Source: Lama guanicoe
Lineage: Eukaryota
DNA: 64,000 nt
NCBI GenBank assembly: GCA_013239625.1
Contig: MU053873.1
Coordinates: forward strand, 2,866,524 to 2,930,523
Direction: 5' to 3'
This document shows, one piece after another, positions 13,816 through 26,182 of the stretch (positions are counted from its first letter, which is position 1; each line of letters begins with the position of its first letter). The translations under genes and the position numbers were made by a program. The notes beneath the pieces were generated by a model. That model was given only the letters and a program-made list of their open reading frames with translations. It did no database searches and was not told the DNA's origin.

Positions 13816-13821
13816 TTTATT
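13816..13821 (-). terminator. Poly(A) signal AATAAA (distal)
   Basis: Minus strand reads ctttgtatatattgatgctAATAAAacaaatg...ggtggggtttttgtt: upstream UGUA and downstream GU/U-rich element. Confidence 0.7.
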
Positions 13822-13886
13822 AGCATCAATATATACAAAGTGGAAAATGACTTAATTTCATTAGCTTAGAAAGTTTGTTTTGCGTT

Positions 13887-13892
13887 TTTATT
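13887..13892 (-). terminator. Poly(A) signal AATAAA (proximal of tandem pair)
   Basis: Plus-strand TTTATT, 71 nt upstream (in mRNA) of the distal signal. Confidence 0.5.
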
Positions 13893-16800
13893 CGGTTTGG
13901 ACATCAAATGGAAATGGAAACTCCCCAGGAGAAAGCGTACCTTTGGGGGGTGCTGAACAACTCAATCAAACCTGACCTCAGATGACCCAGTGGCCCCTCA
14001 AGAGCATTGGAAAGCGATACCCTTTGGATTGACTCCAAAGAAAAGGTCATTTTTGTCCAAAGCTCACGCTCAGCCTGAATCTACCCATATATCTGCCAAG
14101 TCCTTTCTGCTTATACAACCATCCCGATTACAGAGCCACTTTGCTTCCTGCTGGGCTGTTTGGCTGTTTCCAAAGCTATCAGCTTGAGGATCTGTAGGCT
14201 CTCCAAGGAGCTGGCTTCAGAAGATTATTTTTAAAGCATGTCTATGGAACGAAGTAAGGACGGCCATCAAGTTGGCTCAATAATTGTACCCCCTTCCCCC
14301 GACAAACAGCAGAAGGATGAGCTCCAAGCTGAAGAGGGTGGAGGGCGTGCATTTTTATAAGCACAGGGTTGGGGGTGGCTGACAGATACAGCTTATGAGA
14401 ATTAGCATGTAATACACACCATCACACTCATTCATTGAAGCTCGAAATAGCTGTAAACGTATTTCCCCGATGTCTTCAAAACAAAGAGTAGCTTGTAGGA
14501 AGGCTCAGTCCATTCTTGAGTTTCTCAAGATTGTATCCGATTCAAAAATATTTAACCCCAGTGGGTTTTCACATTGGTCTTATAAAAAACAGACATGACG
14601 TGAGCGGAAATGAGATGCCTGGTACATTTTTGGCACTATTATTATTATTTGTTTTACCTTTACCTATTACAAAGACACATTCAGGTATTTCGAAAAGAAA
14701 AATAGACACCAACCTGTCTTTTCAATCACACTGTACATTGTCAAGCTTGCCCACTCCAGCTTTAGGCTAAAACAAACTTTTAAAAACATGGTTACAGGTG
14801 CTGTACTTCTAAGACAGAACAAAGACATTGGTATCCTGGAAAAACAAAATAAAAATCAACACCTCTCTGTCCGTCCAACAGCCAAGAAGAATTGCTGGGC
14901 CATGGCCTGGCCAGTTTTAGGGGACAGGGTTAGCATAAAGATTGTATATTTCGTCAGTCTTTATGAAAGGCAAATGTTTAGTGTTCACATAACCATAGTA
15001 TGTTCTAAAATTAAAAATCATTAATAGAGTTCTTCGTTCGGATGACCCAGGGTTAGGGTTAGAAGAAGCATCAAATAGAAATAAAAGCCAAGACCAGATT
15101 CTGACTTTAGAAAATGACCGAGTAAGACGGAGGGGGCGGTGCTCGGAGTGGCTGGGGTGGGGAGGGCAGCCTTTACTGATCTCGCAGTGCTTCGCGAATG
15201 CAAGCTCGAAGGAGCACGTGTGGGGGATGCTTTTCTGGCAGGAGGGAAATACTTGGGTCTCAGATCCCTCAAGACTGAGGTCCAAGCTCCTGGCTGGGGG
15301 TGGGGAGGGTAGGTGTGTGCGTACAAAGCCAACTGCTGTATTCTGTTCCAGATGCTTCCCAAGCAAGCTACCAAAAACGTGGGCTCCCGGCCATTCTCCC
15401 AAAGCCGTGGCAGCCAGAAAGGTCTTTTCTGGTTTGAAAACCAGCTAGTTTAGAACAATTCTAGAGAGCCTGGGAAGGCGCCAAAGAGGGCCCTCAAAGC
15501 CACTGGGCCTGTGTGCCTCTCTGATCCATCGGCCGTCCCTCAGGAGGTGGATCAGCCTCACACACACGATTCCTCCCTGCAGCCTCACCCTCTGCCTTCG
15601 CTTTATACTTATTTAGAAAAGAATCTTCCGGAAGATAGTCACACACTCACCAGTCCCACTGGGTTAGGGCGAAAGGACCCTGGTAACACACAAGGATGCT
15701 CATAGTATTAATGAGATGCCGAGAATTCCTTTTTGGCTTGGAACCCCTCCTTCTCTCCCCATCGGAGATCGAATCATGTGATGGGGGTGGATGCTGTCAT
15801 GGTTCTAATCCCCGTGGCCCTGTTCCTCTGCACCTCCATGGTCCTTGTCAAGTGTTCATGCCACCATCCAACATCTGGGCAGAGCTTCAGACACTAGAAA
15901 AGTAGTTTCTTCTTTGAGGGCCCTCCCTTCCCCCAAAATACTGGAAGGCAAGTGTATTCTGAAGGTGTCACCTCTTAGGGTGACAGTGCACTCGAGTCTC
16001 CTCTCTTTTGAGGGCTCTGGCCTTCCAGGACCCCGAGAGGGGACCGGAGATCACCTCTGGATGTCTCTCCTGCTACACAAACCCTTTTAACTATACGGGT
16101 GGTGCTGCTCACACGTCCAAAGCCTGCGGGTCTATCTCGCAGCTTGAGGGTGGCCTCGCTGAACAAGGTGATCGATTCTGGCACTTGGAGCATCAATTTC
16201 GTCGTTGAAAGAGTGTCAGAGAAAAGAACAATTTAATTAGCTCGACTCCCTTACCTAACGCTCCCCCTCATTCAGTTCTTCACTGGAACTCTCAAATCTC
16301 TCATCTTCTCTGAAAATTTTCCTTTGTCATCTGTCACCTTTATGGAGAGAAAAGATTTTCTTAAGTTTGCCGGCATCCAGCGAGGCCAGGGTGGTAAAAG
16401 GGAATGTCGATGCGATAACACCTTTGCTGCCTTCAGAGGGGCCGTGGTGGGGTGGGGAGGGGATGGGGAGGGACCTTTGAGAAGCTGCGAAAACTGGAAG
16501 GGAGGACACAGGTGGGTTTTGGAGCAGACCTGTTTAAGGATCCATGCTAAATTCCAACCCAAGTTAATTCAACAAGAAACACCCTTTCCAACCTAATCTT
16601 GGGACTTAGATTTGTAGGAAAAAACGCCGTGGGCATGGATTGCGAAGATGCATGCAATCTGATGCAGCCATAGCATGGCAGCGCTGCTGGGAGAAACTCA
16701 GCCTCTTTTTTCCCCTTCTCTTCCCCCTGCTGCTGTATTTGCCATTTTGTAGGTCCTCCACCTGGCTTCAGGATTGAGGCTGTACCATGAATTTGGCTGC

Positions 16801-17008
16801 AGCTGCAATACATCCAACCACACCTATTTCGATTTTAAATATAATAAATACAGTGAAGAAAACAGCAAATCTTCAATAAAAAGTCTAAAGAAAATACAGT
16901 CAACACTCTGGGGTTTCCATCAAATGCCACGTGGTCTCTGGATGAATCTCTTGAGGAGGTTGTCGTTGAATTCCTGTCTGTAAGTTCCCTTCTCAAGTGG
17001 AGCTCTCT

Positions 17009-17038
17009 CTAGATGGAAACTTCATACTCTCTTGTTTC
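17009..17038 (-). CDS. SEZ6L: SEZ6L terminal exon coding part (ETREYEVSI-stop)
   Basis: ctctcttgcAG acceptor, then GAA ACA AGA GAG TAT GAA GTT TCC ATC TAG. Confidence 0.95.
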   Translation of the reverse strand, partial: ETREYEVSI

Positions 17039-17886
17039 CTGCAAGAGAGAGAAGCCCAGATCTGTTAACCCGTTGTGTGGCACAGTGACTCGCAATTGGT
17101 TCCGGATCTTCACCCATCTCTGCATCCAAGACATCGGGCATGTGACTTTGCAGTCTCTTTTCTTTGACCTTGACTTGCTTTTGCCGTGGGTTATGGGGAA
17201 AGTGGGTCAAAAGAGGGGTTTGAAAAGCACATGTGTGTTTCTGCTTGTGTCCTGCCCCTCTGCCATCATATGAGCAGAGCCTGCCTTAATGGCCATTTCC
17301 ACCAGCAAGAAAATGAGGGGAACAGACAGCAGAGCTGAGTCACCCAGCCAACCACCAGCCAGTCCCAGATGTGTGAGTGAGGACTGCCGAACGAGGACTA
17401 TCCCCCAGCCGAAATGAGCTGGAAACACGTTCCCTGGGCTGATGAGCAGATTAATGTTTGTTGCTTTGAGTGACTGAGTTTTGGGACTGTTTGTTACTCA
17501 GCATTATCATAGCACTAAGTAACTGATACATATACTAATAAGTATTAATAAGGTATAGTTTCTAACATGCTATTTTTCATCAGCTGGACCTTCTTTTAGG
17601 AGTCAGAAAGAAACTATGCAGAATGTAAAACAACATATAACCTCTTCTTACCAGTGCCACATCTAAAATGACTACAACATGCAGGTAGCAATCAGTTCAA
17701 TTTCTCCAATATTCATGGAGTGTGTGTAATCTACTCCAGGCCCCGAGGGCAGAGGAGCAGGGAGATATAAGAAGTCATAGACTTGGCTCCAGAAAGGGTC
17801 ACTGTCACATGTTTTGAAAGGAGATCTACAGTTCCCATAGGTCAACATAGTTAAACGATTACATTTGTGCTTCATGAGAGATGGAA

Positions 17887-18438
17887 GTGCGGTAGGCAGT
17901 CTCTAAGGTGGTCCTCATGATCTCCATCCTCTTGGTATTCACATTTTTGTATGATTCCTTGCCCTTACTATGCTCTGCTTCTAACCAGGAGAACACAGTA
18001 AAGGGACCAGGATGTCACTTCTATGTTTATTACATAGGATTGTGATTTCCGTCTGGAAAGGAGACGCTCTCTGTCTTTTGCTGACTTTGAGAAAGCAAGC
18101 TGCCATGTTGTACACTAGTCCCTTAAGAGGGACACATGAAAAGGAACTAAGGTTGACAGCCTGCAGGCCATGGAGCCCTTCATTCCAACAGCCTGAAAGG
18201 AACTGGATGCCATCAACAACCATGGGAGCTTGGATGTGGACCATCTCCAGTTGAGCCTCAGATGAAACCGCTGCCTTGATTGACACCTTGATTATAGTCT
18301 TTGAATCCTGGAGCAGAGGACCTACAGAAGTTGTGCCTAGACTCCTGACCTACAGAATCTATCGGGTGGTAAAGGTATGTCCTTTTAGGTTCCTAAATTT
18401 GCAATAATATTGTTACACAGCAGTTGATAACCAACACA
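17887..18438 (+). mobile_element. MaLR LTR (MLT1F/G-like)
   Basis: tgcggtaggcagtctctaaggtggtcctcatgatc...ttgttacacagcagttgataaccaacaca. Confidence 0.75.
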
Positions 18439-19067
18439 GGAGGTCAGAGTGAGTAGGAGGAAGGGAAGGTTAGCAGGGACAAGGATCAAGTCAAGTTCAT
18501 GCCCCCAAATACTGGGAGACGACTGTACATCATTACACAGTGAATTTGAAGGGTTGTGGTTTTGCAAAGTCACTACCAGCCTTCCAATTCTTCACATGTG
18601 CCTCTGGGCCTTTGCATGTGCTCTCCTGTCTTCCTGGCATCTTCTTCAACCACCATATAAATTCTACCCACCTTATTTGTCTCAGCTTTATCTCACTTTC
18701 TCAAAGATGCCTTCTCCCACCCCCTCCAAGTGTTCCCCATCATACACTCATAGCACCCTGTCCAATTTCTTTCATGGCCCTTAAAAATTATGGTTGGTTG
18801 CAATTAAGACTTTCACTGGCACATGAGATTGAGGTTCAAGGGGAGGCAGGAGAGTGTAATGATGAATGGAATCAAGTAGAATTTGCATCCTAGACACAGG
18901 TTGTGCGCCCTGGCTGTGTACAACCTGACCAAATCATTCTTCCTCTCTCTGAACCTCAGTGTCCTCATCAGTCAGTCAGAAATAACTGGAGAATCTATCA
19001 TATGGAGTTGAAAGGATTCAAGGAGATTATGCATAAGGTGATATGCATTTAATATGCCCATGGTACG

Positions 19068-19096
19068 TATTATTATTATTATTATTATTATTATTG
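19068..19096 (+). repeat. (ATT)n microsatellite
   Basis: Direct reading. Confidence 0.9.
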
Positions 19097-19537
19097 ATAT
19101 CTGTCTCCTTTGCAAGACTATAAGCTCATTAATGGAAGGACTGTGTCTGTTTGGCTTAGCTGTGTCCCTAGTACCCAACACAAAGCCTGCTACTCAAATG
19201 TGGAGGGATGTTACACACTGCCATTCAGCACGGAATGGAGTTCAACAGGGTGTTTGGGAATGCCACCTGTTGCTACCAGGCCACTGGTGGGCTCTGACCC
19301 ATCCATCAGCCCCTTCCTTCTGTGGTCATTCTGCTAAGAATGAACAGAGCGATGGACTTGTCACCAGCTCGCAAAAAGAGCTGGGTTCTCCAGCAGTTGT
19401 CTCAGTAGGGGTCTCAGTGGGGATGAGACGGGACCACTGGCCATGCCTTTCCGCCAGCGGCACTGTGAGCAAAAGGAAATTAAACCTCCGGTTTCAATGC
19501 TGACAAATACAGAGCAGACGAAGAGGGACCAACTCAC

Positions 19538-19640
19538 CCCTGTCTCGTAAATGGGGTTGTCAAACTCGGTCTCCACGGTGATCTGGCTGTAGGGGTGGGA
19601 GTACATGAGGGGCAGGCGGAGGCTGGAGTAATAGCGACAT
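19538..19640 (-). CDS. SEZ6L: SEZ6L coding exon 16, cytoplasmic tail with FDNPIY (NPxY) motif
   Basis: 103 bp; ctccAG/GTgagt; CRYYSSLRLPLMYSHPYSQITVETEFDNPIYETG. Confidence 0.96.
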
Positions 19641-19974
19641 CTGGAGAAGAGACAGTCAAGGGAAGAGAAGTTACTTTTCCCGGACTAGGCGACACCATAC
19701 AATTCCGAAGGGAATCAGCACCTTCCTGAGCATCAGCACTTCTGCGAATGACAAGGAGGATGTGTGGAAACAGCCTCTTGCAGGCGAGAATCTGAGTGGG
19801 GTGAAAGCTGAAATCATAATTGCTCTCAGAGCCTAACCCAGCCACTGATCACTAATGCCTGTAGCTCCACTTACTGGGGAGGGGGTGGGGCTTAATCGTA
19901 AGACGATTTAAGTTCCTCTTTAATGCAAAGAGCAACAACAAAACTAATGTGCATTTATTAAGCGTCTACTGTGT

Positions 19975-20820
19975 CGTCTCAGAACAGCCTTCCCTGGCCA
20001 CCTATTTAGAAGTGGTCTCTGTTTCCACCCCCTATCCTCTTTCCCTCATTGTATTTATCATAGTATCTTATAATTTGCATATTTCTCCTCTCTCCCTTCC
20101 AGACTGTGAGCTCCACAGGGCAGGGACCATTTATATTAGGCAAAAGCCTGCCTCAGGGCCTTTGCACATGCTGTTTCTCTGCCTGGGATCCTCCTCTCCC
20201 ATATATGTGCATAGTTTACTCATTATTGCTTTCAAGCTCTTACTCAAATGTCATTTCTCAGTGGGGTCCCCTCTACCTCTCCCATTTAAAATGCAACTGT
20301 CGCCTACCCCAGCTCCCTTTTTCTGTCTTCCAGGCTTTTTCTCTCTGCATTTAGCACCTTCTACTGTACTACATACTTTTATTTTATACTTTACTTAGTG
20401 TCTATCTTCCCTCATTAGAACCTGGGCCCCATATGTCAAAGATTTCCTTTTGTTTTGTGCAGCGATGTTCTTAGAGCCCAGAAGACAGCCCAGCACATAG
20501 TAGGTGCTCAATAATTGTGAAGTTGAATGAATTAGTGAGTATCCTGGCCATGGCTGAGTATCTTCCTTCTTCATTAAAGTCAAGTTCTATGATCCCCAAC
20601 ACCAGGGACAATGACATTAGATTGTCAATACATATTTGTTGAATAAAGGAATGAATGAATGAGTTAATGACAGAATGAATGAGTGAGTGTGCCTGGTAAC
20701 AGCACATGTCTATCTCTCCCACTAAACCCTAGCTCCGTGACATCAGGGATATTGTCTGTCTGATTCGCTGCTGCATGCTCAGCCCTCCTACCACGGAGGG
20801 TTGGTAAGTGCTCAATCTAA
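19975..20820 (+). mobile_element. Cluster of L2 3' fragments
   Basis: gactgtgagctccacagggcagggac; cagcacatagtaggtgctcaataa; (tgaa)n tails. Confidence 0.65.
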
Positions 20821-20833
20821 ATGTTTCTCCCAG

Positions 20834-21040
20834 TTTGGGATTTGCAGATACTACTACATATAATATAGATAAACAACAAGGTCCTACTGTGCAGCACAGG
20901 GAACTACATTCAATATCTTATAATAGCCTACAATGAAAAGAATATGAAAAGGAATATATATATATGTATGTAGAACTGAATCACGATGCTGTACACCAGA
21001 AATTAGCACAACATTGTTAGCCAACTAGGCTTCAGTAAGA
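20834..21040 (+). mobile_element. 5'-truncated cetartiodactyl-type L1 3' end
   Basis: tagataaacaacaaggtcctactgtgcagcacagggaactac...; TSD tttctcccag on both sides. Confidence 0.85.
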
Positions 21041-21212
21041 AAAATTTCTCCCAGAGTTGAGTTGAATCACACCATCCTGATGATCACACAAGTGCCACTG
21101 TCCCCAAGGTTACAGGTGGAGACCTGAGGCTCAGAGAGGTGAAGTGCCCAGTCCCCTGGGGCACTGACTGTTGAATGGATGGCAACCGCCACTGCCACCC
21201 GAAGCCCCGCAC

Positions 21213-21327
21213 CTGGTGATGTAGAGGTAGGCTCCTCCCAGCAGTAAGGAGATGATGAGGACTGGGATGAAGATAGCCAGCGCCATGCTTCCTCCTTCCA
21301 GAGATGTCTCCGCTGCCGCTTCTGCTA
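21213..21327 (-). CDS. SEZ6L: SEZ6L coding exon 15, transmembrane helix
   Basis: 115 bp using first AG of TAGTAGCAGAAG; donor GTgcgg; VAEAAAETSLEGGSMALAIFIPVLIISLLLGGAYLYITR. Confidence 0.95.
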
Positions 21328-21730
21328 CTAAAGACAGGCTGGTGAGGGCACCTGGCTCCCAGGTGAGCTCCTACCCTCCCAGTCCTGCACCCACTCAAAG
21401 AGCTGATGTCACAGAGCCTCGGCCATTGGAGAGCCACCCCCAGGAGGGAGAAGGGGCAGATTGGAGGAAATGGTTCTTTGCAACAGAGCCCAGACCCATC
21501 CTTGAATGGGGTGGTCACCGAGGCCACCAAGATTTACACTCTTTTAAATCATTTTCTTGGTGGGGAGGGTGGTTACCGGTTGAAATCTGGTTAAAATCCA
21601 ATTCAAGGGAAGACCTGGATAAAACCTCAAATGCGCTATCAGGAAAGGCAGATTTGCTTGACATTGCGTGGGGTTAGAGAGTTTGTTGCATCCAGACTGG
21701 CAAGTTCCCCCTAGAGTTGCTCAATCAGAC

Positions 21731-21749
21731 CGTCCAGCAGAGGGCGCTG
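21731..21749 (+). promoter_or_regulatory. CTCF motif in intron 14
   Basis: CGTCCAGCAGAGGGCGCTG. Confidence 0.7.
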
Positions 21750-23183
21750 GGCAGCCGGATCAGTGCTCAGGACTCTGCACCCCACGACACCCCAACTGGG
21801 AAGACCCCGTTTTGATCCTCAGAGGCCAAGGCCGCTCATTCTCCGGTAGCCCTCTCCGTCTGCCCTGGAGCCTCCTGCTACCTCCCCACGGTCTGTGGAG
21901 ACCCCAAGAACTACGAGGACCATGGTGGGGGCGGGGGGCGGGGCGACGGGGGCGTTTTCCCAGCACGGCTCCAAGGGAGACCCCACATCCCCTCGGGACA
22001 CTTGGCCTCCGCCCCTCTGCGGTTCTCCGCCGCCACGTCTACCAGGGCCCGGCTGCACGCCCGCCGATCTATAATCCATTAACCGCCACTCTTCAGATCT
22101 GAAAAATTGATCCTAATGCCCAAGAGAAATGCGTGCGCACGGAACACCACGATGGCATCAGACTCCCTGAGCAAGCCAGGCCTTTGACATGTTTGCATGG
22201 TTCATTGGTTGGTGGAAGACAGCAAAGGATGGGCCTGAACAGAGCCTAGCACCGATAAACGCTCTCTCTTTTTCCAGTGGAGTGACTAACATGTGCTCTC
22301 CGCCCCGCTCATGTATTTGAGCCCTGGCTCTGTCTGCTTGGATTAAAATGTCATCTGTTGCAAGAGCGAGCAACTAATGGCATAGAATTCCCACCGCCCC
22401 AGATTCTGAGTGAACTGTTTATTGTCAGAAAGCTAAGTGGTTCCCAAAATAATAATAAAAACTATCTAATTGGTTAAAACTTGGATTTTTAAAATGAAAC
22501 AAAAAAATATATATATATTTTGACACCACAGCCCAGTGAGTGGTTTTGGACCAAACTGAACGAAGATTATACAGACAGCAGAGGACTTTACGTGTTGGGG
22601 GAGGGACTGAAAAGGGAGAGAACCACAAAATAAAAACAAAATCCTGGATCACTTTTTAGCATCTTGTTCTACATTAATAAATCTCACTTGGTAACTTCTG
22701 ACAAAAGAACAGAAAACAAGGGGGGTGATCCAGGGAGAGCTATGCTGGAGAAGAGAGAGACGGAGGGGAAAACAGAAAATTCCCCAGGGAAGATCTTTCT
22801 CCCCCAAAACCAGGAGGATGCTCAGCATGGAAGGTGATGCATCCATGGATGTAGTTCCCCAAAGTGGCACCACATGGTTGAAAAGCTTTGCAAGAGGGTG
22901 ACGCCTTTCTCAGGCGAGGGGACTCCCAGAAGTTTTTACCTTGTCTGCATGAACAGAGCTGGGGGCAGCTCTCTCTCAGGTCCTAATTCGGGCTGTAAGT
23001 TTCAAATTCCACAGTTTTTTTTCTTTTTGATATCATCTATTTTGAAATGATCTTCAGCAGTGTGAAGGCAGAATTTTTGCTTAAAGATTTTTTTTTAAAG
23101 CACCCGGGTAAGGATATTCAAGGACCTGCCCTTGCTTTCTGCAATGAGCTTGGTTTACTAGATTTTGTCATCACTGGACTCAC

Positions 23184-23216
23184 CTTCTAAAGCGTGTTCA
23201 AAGCTGTCCTGATTCA
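23184..23216 (-). CDS. SEZ6L: SEZ6L coding exon 14, 33-nt juxtamembrane microexon
   Basis: tttccctttcAG/GTgagt; encodes VNQDSFEHALE, matching recalled SEZ6L stalk; frame-preserving, phase 1-1. Confidence 0.93.
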
Positions 23217-24925
23217 CTGAAAGGGAAATTGGACCATTGGTCAATGTCAAGTGAACTCACTCCGTTTGCACGAAATGAAGCCGCCCCCGCCCCAACTAGA
23301 TGCAAAAGTCCATGCCACACTGCGCTGAAGTTAGAGTTATGGTTTTTGTTTGTTTTAAATCTTGGGCTGCTGGAGTTAGCAGAAATGCCTGCACACACTC
23401 CTAAGTTCCTGAGAGCAGAGGGGATAGACATGAAAGAAATAGGGCATGAATTCCTGATACTCACCACGTGTCAGATCCCGCACATCAAGAGCATTACATA
23501 CATTGGCGCACTTAGCACTCATGACAATCTCGTTCGATACTGTTATCACCCCCACTTAACAGATGAGCAAACGGAGGTTCAGAGAAGTCACCACACAGCT
23601 TCTAAGGGTTGGAGGCAGGATTTCAACCTGCTTGGCCATCTCGAGCCTCTGCTCTTAACTACGCAGTTCTGGTCTCTTCACTGTTTCCATGTGGGACAAA
23701 GGCTGATGAACGGTGAGGGTCAAGACAAAATCCCAAAGGCAGATGTTTTCCACCCAGGACATGAGCTGGACCCTTGAGTGCCTGTCTGGGAGGGCAGAAG
23801 CTTCCATGGAATCTTAGAACTGGAAGGAAATGTTGTACCTTGGAGTGTGGTCAGCGATAAAATGTGCAGCTTCCTGGGCCCTTTCCTGGACCTGCCAAGG
23901 CGGCGTCCTTGGGGCTGGCCCGTCTGTAGCTCTGGCCAACTTCCCTGTAATTCTGCTGCTGCTGGCCCAGCCACTGACCCTCCTTTAGAAAACCTGATGT
24001 GGACTCATCCAATTATTTCACCCAAGGGGAAGCCCAGGTCAGAGGGGGAGGGCAGGTGGACGATGGCAGAGCCATGCCCGAAAATTCTCCGGCAAGGATG
24101 TTTTTGGCAAAACAAAACCAGTAAGAGACGGGGAAAGAACCGGCAGATCCACCCACGCTGGCAAGACTGAGTGCATTATGACAGACACTCAGTGTGGAAT
24201 GATCGGAAATGCTGAAAAAAGATAAGGCAGAGCTATGGTTTTGTTTTCTGATTCAACGGATGTCTCTGATAAGTGGGGAAAAGCAAAACATTGTATGACA
24301 TGCCCCTCCTTTTTTTAATTTCTCCTTTTGTAAAAAACAAACAACCCCTTCCCATCATTCCAGTCTGTCTATCTGTATGAGTCCAAGGAAACGGGGACGC
24401 ATACAAGCTCTAAGGTGATGAGTAATGGATTTCGGAGAGGAACATGGAAGGGGTGGGGGAAGGGAGGGAGGGAGCCACGGCCACTGCTTCTTATGCAACT
24501 CTGATTTCTTTTGCTTCTTGCAGGAAACACTTTTGTCATCAATCCAAAAAAAAAAAAGTGCTGAACATCATAGATAGGCATTTGGGGATCTGCTAAAGTT
24601 ACAGATCCCCAGGTAGAAATGTAGAACTGTATGTTTCCCTTCCCCTTGGGGAGAGAATTCTGCCTGATTCTTAAGAGAGTTTTAACCATAAAAGGTTAAA
24701 TCCTCTTGCCTAAAGCACTGAACATATTTCGGACATGATTATTAATTTCACACATGAAAGACACAGATAAGCGGACCCAAATCTCAATAGATGTGTCGTT
24801 ACTTAATTTCAATGATGAGTATTTCACTGATTATAAAATAAACCTCCTCCCTCCCCTACCCCGCCCCGCCTTTACCATCTCTGAGATGGGGGCGTGTCTT
24901 AAAAACCAATGGGGTGTTACAATCG

Positions 24926-24944
24926 CGGCCAACAGGCGGCGCTC
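24926..24944 (+). promoter_or_regulatory. CTCF-like motif in intron 13
   Basis: CGGCCAACAGGCGGCGCTC, two deviations from core consensus. Confidence 0.45.
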
Positions 24945-25330
24945 ACGGTGTTCGTGAGCGCGGAATCCTGAGCGCAAACTCTTCAGCCTTTGGAGGATGG
25001 GTGTGAAACACTTGGGAGAATTCCCCAGAGGCAACGGCGGCGCAGGGGGTGGGGGTAGGGTGGATGGTGGGGAGGAGGGGCGAGAGGCTGTGCAAGCAAC
25101 CCTTGGGAACAAAGTAGTTGGGCAGGCTGCCTCTTTTAAAAGGCATGGTGTCATTGTTTAATTGGCAACCACTTCCTTCTTTCTCGGTGGTCTGGAAAAT
25201 AATAGTGGTGGGGTCTTAGATTTAGTGAAACACAGTAGCTTGGGGTTTTAGAGCAAATTTAGAATCCCTGCAAGTCAACCCTGACATGTCTGGGTCCCTT
25301 AGTCCCCGGGATGTGGGTAAGTTTCTTTAC

Positions 25331-25525
25331 CTTTACAGACGGGCAGTGGCCCGTTCCAGTGGGATGGCTGTCCCAGGATGCAGCGGATGGTCACTTCGCC
25401 CATGAGCTCAAAGCCCTCGTAGCACATGAAGGTGAGGGACTCTCCAGGCAGGTAGAGTCGCTTGTACAGGATTTGGTACCCGTTTTCAGGTAGCCCTGGG
25501 TTGTCACACGCCAGGGACTCTTCCG
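25331..25525 (-). CDS. SEZ6L: SEZ6L coding exon 13, last Sushi/CCP domain
   Basis: 195 bp; ttttAG/GTaaag; SEESLACDNPGLPENGYQILYKRLYLPGESLTFMCYEGFELMGEVTIRCILGQPSHWNGPLPVCK. Confidence 0.97.
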
Positions 25526-25714
25526 CTAAAAGGCAAGCCAAAAGGAGATCTGATGAGATGACGCAAATCTCTGGGGACCCCTACTCAGAGCCAGTGTGAC
25601 TGAGTCCAGTCTCCCCAGCATCATTTCTCTACGTCCCCACCTTGCATGGAGCTGGTTCCCATTTCTCAAACTCCCCTTTCCCTTCCCTACCTCTGGGCGT
25701 GGGTTACTCAGGGG

Positions 25715-25945
25715 TACGGTAGAATGTACCAGACTGTGGAATCTGGGTTCAAATCTGGCTTCTGCTACTTACTAGCTGTGTGACCTCCATCAAGGGCCAT
25801 GACCTCTCTGAGTCTCAGTTTCCTCATCGGTAAAATGGAGATAATAGCAGTACCTATCTCACAGGAACTTGGAAGATTAAATAAGACAATGTGTGCAAAG
25901 GCTTAGCATGCCCTTGAAAGGTAGGTACTCAGTAAACGGTGGACA
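25715..25945 (+). mobile_element. MIR SINE (one of many; others near 5.9, 7.6, 12.1, 23.5, 26.9, 40.7, 49.7, 52-55.7, 61.2-64 kb)
   Basis: MIR core ctgggttcaaatctggcttctgctacttactagctgtgtgacct...tcagtttcctcatcggtaaaatggagataatag. Confidence 0.85.
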
Positions 25946-26182
25946 GTGGTGCTGATAAATTATGAAATATTCCTCTTGCTTCTCACCTTACACCTCACCT
26001 GCCCACCCAACCTGGATAAGTCTTGTCTTTCAATACTCAGCCTTTAGGTCTCCGCCTCCAGGAAGCCTTCCCTGATGCCCCCTACCCGGGAAATGCTGAT
26101 CTAATTCCCTGGGCTTCCCTTCCTTCTGGGGGGAGGGGAAGTAAGTGATCCTTGAAGAGAAGGCAAATTCCAAGCGCAGCAC

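Larger units (their letters stand above)
13795..17008 (-). other. SEZ6L: SEZ6L 3'UTR (~3.2 kb, 3' end inferred)
   Basis: Repeat-poor stretch after the stop codon, with AU-rich blocks, ending at two AATAAA signals; recognisable repeats resume beyond it. Confidence 0.7.

Noticed and set aside
13271..13823. Several overlapping long ORFs on both strands
   Set aside because: GC-rich decayed MLT2-like LTR region with few stop codons; no protein similarity recognised
19361..19537. In-frame read-through of the exon 16 donor giving an alternative C-terminus
   Set aside because: Donor is near consensus (GGG|GTGAGT) and a proper terminal exon follows; nothing supports retention
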